Assembly (NCBI GenBank): GCA_039809985.1
Contig: JBDHWC010000003.1
Coordinates: 1,183 to 65,182, forward strand
Source: Thermomicrobiales bacterium
GTDB taxonomy: Bacteria > Chloroflexota > Chloroflexia > Thermomicrobiales > UBA6265
Direction of reading: 5' to 3'
DNA length: 64,000 nucleotides
Position numbers and translations under genes: made by a program. The notes under the pieces are model-generated. The model saw nothing but the letters and a program-made list of their open reading frames with translations, was not told the DNA's origin and ran no database searches. Shown one piece after another: positions 54,797-64,000 of the stretch; position 1 is the first letter of the stretch, and each line of letters starts with the position of its first letter.

Positions 54797-56116
54797 TCAC
54801 GTGCCGACTCCGTCCGGCAGCCTCTCGGTCGCGAGCATGTCGTCGAGGGTTTCCCGCCGCCTGAACAGCAGCGCCGAACCGTCCCTCACCAGCACAGCCG
54901 CCGGTCGCGGCGCGAGATTGTAGTTGCTGGCCATCGCCAGACAGTACGCCCCGGCCATCGGCACGGCCAGCAGGTCGCCGCTCTCCAGCCGCGGCAGGTC
55001 GATGTCCTTGATCAGCACGTCCCCGGACTCGCAGTACTTGCCGGCGATCGTGACACGCTCGAGCGAGTCGCCTTCTGCTGCCCGGCTCGCCAATGCGGCG
55101 GAGTAGTGGGCGCCGTACAGCGACGGGCGAATGTTGTCCGACATGCCGCCGTCGACCGAGACATAGGTGCGGACGCCCGGGATCTGCTTCCGCGCACCGA
55201 CCCGGTAGAGCGCCACACCGGCTGGCCCAACGATGTAGCGACCCGGCTCGACCACCAGTTCCGGCTCGGGCAGGCCGTGCCGCTCGCATCCCAGCCGAAG
55301 TTCCGTCGCCGCCGCGGTCGCCCACGCCTCGAGCGACACGTCGTTGCCGGACGCGTCGTCCGCGACGCCGAACCCGCCGCCGGGGATGATCACGCCGGGG
55401 TCAACTCCGAACCGGTCTCGGACGTCTGCGCCGAAGTCGAGCAACGCCGCGACCGTCTGACGCACGAGGTTCGGGTCGAACACCTGCGACCCGACGTGCG
55501 CGTGGTACCCCCGCAGTCGCAGGCCGGGCGTTGCTGACACCCGCTCGGCCGCCGCCAGCGCCTGCCCGGTGGAGATCGGGAACCCGAACTTCGAGTCGAG
55601 CGCGCCGGTCAGCATCTTCTCGTGCGTGTGCGGCGCGATGCCGGGATTGAGCCGCAGGATGACGTCGGCCGTCGCCCCGAGTTCCGCCACGACATCGACC
55701 AGCAGGTCGATCTCGTGCTCGTTGTCGATGGCGATGTGCCCGATGCCGGCCCGGACCGCGTCGGCCAGTTCCTCACTCGACTTGTTGTTCCCGTGAAACG
55801 TCATCCGGTCTGCCGGAATGCCCGACCGCAGTCCCGCGGCCAGCTCGCCACCGGAGACCACGTCGAGACCGATCCCCTCCTCGCCCATGATCGCCACCAA
55901 GGTCGGCGAGAGGTACGCCTTCCCGGCGTAGACCGCTCGCGACCGCGGCCACGCAGCCCTGAACGCGGCTTGGACGGCCCGTGACCGTTCCCGCAGCGTC
56001 GCCTCGTCGAAGACGTACAACGGGGTGCCGTGCGCGGCGACCAGCTCGTCGACGGGAACGCCCCCGAGGATCAGGACGCCAGTCGTGCTGCGCGTGGTGG
56101 TGATCGGCCAACTCAT
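54797..56116 (-). CDS. lysA: Diaminopimelate decarboxylase
   Basis: ORF trimmed to the ATG at 56116. Contains GTPLYVFDEATL, the YAGKAY PLP-lysine context, and EPGRYIVG. Confidence 0.94.
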   Translation of the reverse strand: MSWPITTTRSTTGVLILGGVPVDELVAAHGTPLYVFDEATLRERSRAVQAAFRAAWPRSRAVYAGKAYLSPTLVAIMGEEGIGLDVVSGGELAAGLRSGIPADRMTFHGNNKSSEELADAVRAGIGHIAIDNEHEIDLLVDVVAELGATADVILRLNPGIAPHTHEKMLTGALDSKFGFPISTGQALAAAERVSATPGLRLRGYHAHVGSQVFDPNLVRQTVAALLDFGADVRDRFGVDPGVIIPGGGFGVADDASGNDVSLEAWATAAATELRLGCERHGLPEPELVVEPGRYIVGPAGVALYRVGARKQIPGVRTYVSVDGGMSDNIRPSLYGAHYSAALASRAAEGDSLERVTIAGKYCESGDVLIKDIDLPRLESGDLLAVPMAGAYCLAMASNYNLAPRPAAVLVRDGSALLFRRRETLDDMLATERLPDGVGT

Positions 56117-56222
56117 GCGGGTGGTCCTCGAGCGGCTGCCTGCGGTGGTCCGCGCGTCAGGGCGGAGTGTTCGCGATTCTCCCCAATCCGAACGGCTCGC
56201 GCACCTCCTTGGGACACGGCGG

Positions 56223-56236
56223 AGTGTACGTACACT
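56223..56236. promoter_or_regulatory. Perfect 14-bp palindrome AGTGTACGTACACT between divergent lysA and the ABC-F gene
   Basis: It reads TACACT (TAnnnT) on both strands. It shares the 13-mer TGTACGTACACTG (56225-56237) with the dnaE upstream region (1055-1067). Confidence 0.35.
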
Positions 56237-56359
56237 GCGATCCGATTGCAACGGGGGGTCGGCCGGGTCTGATTCCGGGCCGCGCGACCGACCCGTCGCT
56301 ATACTTCTCCCGTGCGTCGCCGGGAAGTGCCGGCACCCGGCACGGAGGCAGCCGCTCGC

Positions 56360-58309
<1,950 letters not shown>

Positions 58310-58311
58310 TC

Positions 58312-59601
58312 GTGGCGCACCCCCCCGTGTCCGCCTCGCCCCTCGTCATCGGGGTGACCGGCAACATCGCCGCCGGCAAGAGCACCGTCACGCGGCGGCT
58401 TGCCGAACTTGGCGCGACCGTCATCGACGCCGATGCGGTCTACCACGCATTGACCTCCGTTCCGGGGTCGGACCTCGCCCGGCAGATCGCGCGCGAGTTC
58501 GGTGACCACGTCCTCAACCCCGACGGCAGTCTTGACCGCAAGGCGCTCGGCGGGATGGTCTTCGCCGACCCGGCTCGGTTCGCGGCACTGGACCGCCTCA
58601 CCCATCCGGTCATCGACACGGAGATACGTCGCCTGACGGCCGCCGCCACCACCGCGGTTGTCGTGGTCGAGGCGGTCAAGCTGGTCGAGGCCGGCTACGA
58701 CGCGGACTGCGACGAGGTGTGGCTGGTGGAGGCCGCGCCGACCCAACAGGTCGAGCGGCTGATGGCACGGAATGGACTGACCCGCCCCGAGGCAGAACGT
58801 CGGGTTGCCGCCCAGCCAGTGCTGGAACTCAAACGAAAACGAGCCACCCGGATCATCGACAACTCGGGCGACGTTGCCGCAACCATCGCCCAGGTCGACG
58901 CTGCGTGGTCACAGGCCACGGAACGCACCTTGCGCAGGAAAGCGCGGCCAGCGAGCGAAGGAGAGCCAACAGGAATGCCTGATCGGAGCGTGTGCGAGAT
59001 CTTCTTCGACTTCAGTTGCCCGTACGTCTACCGCGCCGGGATGTGGGTGGACGAAATCGAGCGGCAAGGCGGGTCAGGGTACGTCTTCCGCTGGCGAGCC
59101 CTCCCGCTCGAACAGATCAACGCCGACAAGGGACCGGACTGGAAACTGTGGGAGCAGCCCGACGACTTCCGCAGTCGCGGCCTTCTCGCCTTCCGCGCCG
59201 CCGAGGCTGCCAAGCGACAAGGCGACGCCGCGTGGTCGCGCTTCCGAACTGCCTTGCTGCGGGCCCGGCACGAGGCCGAGCGCGACATCAGCAAGCGGGA
59301 CGCCGTCCTCGCCGTCGCCGCCGAAGCCGACCTCGATCTCGACCGATTCGCTGCCGACCTTGCCGACCGATCGCTTCTGTCAGCTGTCGGTGACGATTTC
59401 GAGGCCGGGCGCGAAACGCACGGGGCGTTCGGAACGCCCACTTTCGTCTTCCCCAACGGGGCCGCGGCCTACGTCAAGCTCTCGCAGGTGCCGTCCCCGG
59501 AGAACGCCCTCCCGATGTGGCAGGAGTTCGTCCGCACGGTCGTCGACCGACCCGAGTTCCAAGAGATCAAACGGCCGCAGAAGCCGACCCCCTCGCCGTA
59601 A
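58312..59601 (+). CDS. coaE: Dephospho-CoA kinase fused in one ORF to a DsbA/HCCA-isomerase-like thioredoxin-fold domain
   Basis: Residues 1-200 are CoaE (VIGVTGNIAAGKST, VVEAVKLVEAG). Residues from about 222 are DsbA-like (EIFFDFSCPYVYRAG, GAFGTPTFVF). There is no stop between them. Internal ATG at 58975. Confidence 0.8.
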   Translation: MAHPPVSASPLVIGVTGNIAAGKSTVTRRLAELGATVIDADAVYHALTSVPGSDLARQIAREFGDHVLNPDGSLDRKALGGMVFADPARFAALDRLTHPVIDTEIRRLTAAATTAVVVVEAVKLVEAGYDADCDEVWLVEAAPTQQVERLMARNGLTRPEAERRVAAQPVLELKRKRATRIIDNSGDVAATIAQVDAAWSQATERTLRRKARPASEGEPTGMPDRSVCEIFFDFSCPYVYRAGMWVDEIERQGGSGYVFRWRALPLEQINADKGPDWKLWEQPDDFRSRGLLAFRAAEAAKRQGDAAWSRFRTALLRARHEAERDISKRDAVLAVAAEADLDLDRFAADLADRSLLSAVGDDFEAGRETHGAFGTPTFVFPNGAAAYVKLSQVPSPENALPMWQEFVRTVVDRPEFQEIKRPQKPTPSP

Positions 59602-59650
59602 CCCGGTGCCCCGTTCCGAAGCCGATCCGCAGCCGGGGGCCGTTCCGACG

Positions 59651-60631
59651 GTGTCAGGCGAGAAGGTGCAGCAAGTCAGACGGCGACTGCTGACGTGGTT
59701 CCGCGCCAACGCCCGCGACCTGCCGTGGCGCAGGACTCGCGACCCCTACGCTGTGCTCGTCTCCGAGGTGATGCTGCAACAGACCCAGGTCGACCGCGTG
59801 ATCCCGTTCTACCTCGCGTTCCTTGATCGGTTCCCCACGGCGGAGGCCCTCGCCGCCGCCCCGCCTGCTGAGGTCATCCGGCAGTGGGCCGGCCTCGGCT
59901 ACAACCGACGCGCGGTCAACCTGCAGCGAACCGCCGCCGCGGTGGTCGCCAGCGGCGGGTTTCCCAGCGATCCGGCGACGCTGCGCGATCTGCCGGGGAT
60001 CGGGCCTTACACCGCCGGCGCGGTCTCGTGTTTCGCCTTCGGGCAGGACGTTGCCTTCGTCGACACCAACATGCGTCGGGTGATCCAGCGCGTCTTCTTC
60101 GGTGCGGAGGGCCACGCGGCCGCGGCACCAGAGCGCCAGATTCTGGAAACCGCCGCCAAGCTGGTCCCAGCGGGTCGCGGCTGGGCATGGAACCAGGCGC
60201 TGATCGAGTTCGGGGCGCTGCAATGCACCGCCCGGAAGCCGGCGTGCGTTGTCTGCCCGCTTCAGACCCAGTGCGCCGCGTTTCCCGCTGCCCTCTCTCC
60301 GCTACCGTCGAAGCAAGTCGAGCCCAAGCAACCATCGGAGCGTTTCGAAACCTCTAGCAGGTACTACCGAGGCCGCATACTCGCCGCGGTTCGCGACACC
60401 AGCCCCGCAGGCAGTGGGCTGTCCTTCGAGGAGCTTGGTGCAAGGTTGCGGCCGGACTACTCGGCCGAGCATCGGGAGTGGCTGGTGGCACTCGTCAACG
60501 GGCTCGCCAAGGACGGCTTGGTCGCCGTTGCCGAGGAGTCGGTCCCCTACGAAGCACAGTCCGTCGAGACCCTGTCAGAGGATTGCAAGGAACAGCCCAG
60601 CACGGGACAGGGGCGCGTCCGGCTGCCTTGA
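59651..60631 (+). CDS. mutY: MutY-family adenine glycosylase-like HhH-GPD protein with a non-canonical C-terminal domain
   Basis: Contains LPWRRTRDPYAVLVSEVMLQQTQV, GLGYNRRA, PGIGPYTAGAV and the 4Fe-4S loop CTARKPACVVCPLQTQC. I saw no NUDIX-like GLWEFP block. Start set at GTG 59651. Confidence 0.8.
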   Translation: MSGEKVQQVRRRLLTWFRANARDLPWRRTRDPYAVLVSEVMLQQTQVDRVIPFYLAFLDRFPTAEALAAAPPAEVIRQWAGLGYNRRAVNLQRTAAAVVASGGFPSDPATLRDLPGIGPYTAGAVSCFAFGQDVAFVDTNMRRVIQRVFFGAEGHAAAAPERQILETAAKLVPAGRGWAWNQALIEFGALQCTARKPACVVCPLQTQCAAFPAALSPLPSKQVEPKQPSERFETSSRYYRGRILAAVRDTSPAGSGLSFEELGARLRPDYSAEHREWLVALVNGLAKDGLVAVAEESVPYEAQSVETLSEDCKEQPSTGQGRVRLP

Positions 60632-60791
60632 CCCCGCGGCCTCACCACCGTGGCCCCATCCCCGACGGTACGCGAGCGCGATGAGGACCAACTTGAGTTG
60701 CGCCTCGCTGCCAACAGGTCCACGGTTTGCTACCATCGCGCCTCGCGCGAGCCGGGGACATCTGCCTGCTGCCCCGGCGGGAGCACCGGCC

Positions 60792-63700
60792 ATGTTCAGC
60801 CGAATCGGCAGCGAGTTTCGGAATCGCGTCGGCCTCGCCCCGAACGTGGCCTCGCGCCGGACCGAGACGTTGAAGCCCCGCATTTCCGAGGCGACCACAA
60901 CCGTCAGCGTCTGTCCGTACTGCGCCGTCGGTTGCTCCCAACTGATCCACACCGTCAATGGCACCATTGTCGACATCGAGGGCAACCCCGCGAGCCCGAT
61001 CAACGCCGGCACGCTCTGCCCGAAGGGCGCGGCCACCTTCGGGCTAGTCAACAGCCCGCTGCGCGTCCTCAAGGTGCGCTACCGGCCACCGTTCGGGACC
61101 GACTGGGAAGAGCGCACGCTCGACTGGGCAATGGACCGCATCGCGCGTCTGCTGAAATCGACCCGCGACGAGACCTACACCGAGTTCGACGACGCGGGGC
61201 AACGCGTCAACCGGACGCTCGGCGTCGCCCACCTTGGCGGCGCGACCCTCGACAACGAAGAGAACTACCTGATCAAGAAACTGTTCACCGCCGGCCTCGG
61301 CATTGTCGCCGTCGAGAACCAAGCCCGCATATGACATTCCTCGACGGTGCCCGGTCTGGGCGCCCGCATCGGCCGCGGCGGCTCGACCATGTTCCTGCAG
61401 GATCTCGCCCGCAGTGACTGCATCGTCATCATGGGCGCGAACATGGCCGAGAACCACCCGGTCGGGTTCCGCTTCGTGATGGAGGCCCGGGAACGCGGGG
61501 CCGAAGTGATCCACGTCGACCCTCGATTCACCCGGACCTCGGCCGCGGCCACCCGCCACGTGCCCGTCCGTGCCGGCAGCGACCTCGCCTTTCTCGGCGG
61601 ACTGATCAACCACGTCCTGACGCACGACCGCTGGTTCGAACCGTTCGTCCGCCACTACACCAATGCCGCGGTCATCGTCGACAAGGCGTTCCTCGACACC
61701 GAGGACCTCGACGGCGTCTTCTCCGGCTACGACCCGACAACGGGGACGTACGACCCGGCCACCTGGCGGCTCCCGCAACTCGAGGAACGTGACAAGCCCC
61801 GGTCCAACCCAGCCACGGATCCCACCTTGCAGCATCCGCGCTGCGTCTTCCAAGTCCTGAAACGCCACTTCGCCCGGTACACGCCGGACCTCGTCGCGAA
61901 GGTGTGCGGCGTTCCGGAGGCCGACTTCCTCGCGGTTGCCAACGCGATCTGCGACAACTCCGGGCGCGACCGGACCACTGCGTTCGCCTACTCCGTGGCG
62001 TGGACTCAGCACACCACCGGCACCCAGATCATCGCGTGCTGCGCAATCCTCCAGCTTCTCCTCGGCAACCTCGGTCGCCCCGGCGGCGGAATCATGGCGC
62101 TCCGCGGCCACGCCACGATTCAGGGCAGCACCGACATCCCGACGCTCTTCAACCTGCTGCCGGGCTATCTGCCGATGCCGACCGCCGACTCTGCGCAGGC
62201 AACGCTCGGCGGCTACCTGGCGGAGGCGACCCCGCCGACCGGCTGGTGGAGCAACACCCCGAAGTACATGGTCAGTCTGCTCAAGGCCTACTACGGACCG
62301 GCCGCGAGCGAGGACGACGAATTCGGCTACCGGCACCTGCCGCGCATCGGAGGCGACTACTCGTTCCAGCGCATGGTGCCGATGATGCTCGACCGCGAGA
62401 TCCGCGGCCTCTTCTGCATGGGCCAGAACCCGGCCGTCGGCGGCCAGAACGCGAAGCTCGCCCGCCGCGGTCTGGCCACGCTCGACTGGCTGGTCGTGCG
62501 CGACGCCTTCGAGATCGAGTCCGCGACCTTCTGGCGCGACGGCCCCGAGGCGCGCAACGGGGAGCAGGACCCTGCGAGCGTCGCGACCGAGGTCTTCCTG
62601 CTCCCCGCCGCGCTCACCGCCGAGAAGGAGGGCTCCTACACCAACACCCAGCGACTCGTGCAATGGCACGACCGTGCCGTCGACCCGCCGGCCGACACCC
62701 GGTCGGAAGCCTGGTTCGTCCACGAACTCGCCCGGCGCGTCCGCCAGCTCTACCGGGAAGAAGGCGGCCCCGGTTCCGAGCAGTTGGCCGCGATGACTTG
62801 GGACTACCCGACGCTGTCGAATGGCGAGCCCGATCTCGATGCCGTGGTGCGAGAGATCAATGGATATGTCGTGTCCGACGGGGCTCCCGTCTCCGGGTTC
62901 ACCGAGCTCGCGGCCGACGGATCGACCGCCTGCGGTTGCTGGATCTACGCCGGCATGCTTGATCGCGACGGGGTCAACCACGCGCGACGCCGCGTCGCCG
63001 GCGGTCTCGCCGACCTCGAATGGGGCTGGTCGTGGCCGGCCAACCGACGCACCCTCTACAACCGCGCCTCCGCCGACCCAGACGGTCGGCCGTGGTCCGA
63101 GCGCAAGGCGTGGGTCTGGTGGGACGAGACGACTGCGCGCTGGGTCGGCCACGACGTGCCGGACTTCCCCGCCACCAAACCGCCCGACTATCGTCCGGCA
63201 CTCGGGGCGGGCGGCGTCGACGCCCTTCCCGGAGACGCGCCGTTCATCATGCTCGCCGACGGGCTCGGGCAGTTGTTCGCCTCCAGCCTGAAGGACGGCC
63301 CACTGCCCACCCACTACGAACCGTACGAGAGCCCGGTCGAGAACGCTCTCCACCCGAGGCGCCGGCGCAATCCGGCGGCCATCCCGGTCGACAACGCGCG
63401 GAACCGCTACGACCGCAGCTCCGGTCGCGAGTCGCCGTTCCCGCACGTGCTGACCACGTATCGCCTGACGGAGCACCACACCGGCGGCGGCATGACGCGT
63501 TTCGTGCCGTGGCTCGCCGAACTGCAGCCGGAGGGGTTCGCTGAGATCGACCCGGTCCTCGCCCGGGCAGCCGGGGTGGGCAACCGCGACTGGGTGGTGA
63601 TTGCGTCGCCGCGCGGCTCGATCACCGTTCGGGCGTTGGTGACCGGCCGCGTCAAGCCCCTCACCGTCGAAGGCAGAACCGTCCATCAGGTGGGCCTGCC

Positions 63701-63872
63701 GTGGCACTTCGGATGGGGTGGCATCGCCCGCGGCCCGGTGGCCAACGAACTCACCGCCCTCGTCGAGGACCCGAACTCGCTCATCCACGAGGGCAAGAGC
63801 GCGACCTGCTCGGTGCGCCGCGCGTCAGACGCCGAGATCGCGGCGGCGCGGGAGTGGTCTCGCCATGGCTGA
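60792..63872 (+). CDS. fdnG: Formate dehydrogenase alpha subunit (FdnG type), selenocysteine-containing (UGA at 61332-61334 read as Sec)
   Basis: ORFs 60249..61334 and 61347..63872 are in the same frame, separated only by this TGA. Readthrough gives VENQARI-U-HSSTVPGLGARIGRGGSTMF. The whole sequence is colinear with FdnG (CPYCAVGC, HPRCVFQVLKRHFARYTP, LLLGNLGRPGGGIMALRGH). Confidence 0.9.
61346..61364 (+). promoter_or_regulatory. SECIS-like recoding hairpin
   Basis: GGUGCCC-GGUCU-GGGCGCC: a 7-bp stem with one G-U pair, starting 11 nt after the UGA. The apical GGUCU loop resembles the fdhF SECIS loop. Confidence 0.7.
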
Positions 63873-64000
63873 GCCGTGCCACGCGAGCCCCGGCACCCCC
63901 GTCGGGTTCCTGACCGACACCACCCTCTGCATCGGCTGCAAAGCCTGCGAAGTCGCCTGCAAGCAGTGGAACCAGCTTCCCGCCGACGAACCTCTGACTG
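63865..64000 (+). CDS. fdnH: Formate dehydrogenase iron-sulfur (beta, FdnH-like) subunit, 5' partial at the window edge
   Basis: MAEPCHASPGTPVGFLTDTTLCIGCKACEVACKQWNQL with a CxxCxxCxxxC ferredoxin motif. The ATG overlaps the fdnG 3' end by 8 nt. Confidence 0.85.
   Translation, partial: MAEPCHASPGTPVGFLTDTTLCIGCKACEVACKQWNQLPADEPLT

Noticed and set aside
56117-56222. Possible lysine (L-box) riboswitch upstream of lysA; a GGAGGUGCGCGAGCC segment superficially resembles AGAGGUGC.
   Set aside because: Only about 100 nt are available between the likely -10 and the ATG. The GAGUA, GGGGAG...GCCGAAG and CUGUCA blocks are not present.
60792-60940. SRRTETLK in the FdnG N-terminus as a twin-arginine (Tat) signal.
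   Set aside because: No hydrophobic h-region or A-x-A cleavage site follows the RR. The in-frame upstream extension (from ATG 60681) does not supply one either.

Overview
This 64-kb window is a gene-dense, visibly high-G+C bacterial chromosome segment made up almost entirely of housekeeping genes on both strands. The main groups are: (1) replication and repair: dnaE, a PolX, uvrC, rarA, three HhH-GPD glycosylases; (2) glycine and one-carbon metabolism: gcvT-gcvH-gcvPA, glyA, purB, fmt; (3) ribosome and translation factors: der, obg, rsfS, rluB, tsaC, rph, an ABC-F ATPase; (4) envelope and lipid genes: glmS, galE, plsY, plsC, a D,D-carboxypeptidase; (5) rpoD, lysA, cmk, coaE, mgtE and the start of a formate dehydrogenase operon. 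I call about 55 CDS. Many ORF-track entries carry spurious N-terminal extensions, which I trimmed to starts that abut the upstream stop or follow a Shine-Dalgarno. I also call 3 tRNAs (CAU, Gly-UCC, Pro-UGG), a glmS ribozyme, and a SECIS-like hairpin behind an in-frame UGA that fuses two ORF-track entries into one selenocysteine FdnG-type gene. Several sigma70-like promoters and hairpins are listed, some placed 6-9 nt from the start codon, which suggests leaderless mRNAs. I saw no rRNA, CRISPR array, transposase or integrase, and no recognisable defence island. The least understood content is: a translationally coupled pair of giant YYY/DUF2298-type membrane proteins, one fused to a GT-C glycosyltransferase-like module; a PolX lacking two of its three catalytic carboxylates, coupled to an orphan cyanophycin-synthetase-like Mur-ligase module behind a 400-nt non-coding leader; a HisC-like protein without the PLP lysine; a CoaE-DsbA-like fusion ORF; an unannotated GatC/AtzG-like micro-ORF coupled to an amidase; and an alpha/beta-hydrolase gene wedged between tRNA genes. 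My taxonomic impression is Chloroflexota-like or another high-G+C Terrabacteria lineage, which is inference only. All family assignments come from motif recognition by eye, not from database searches.
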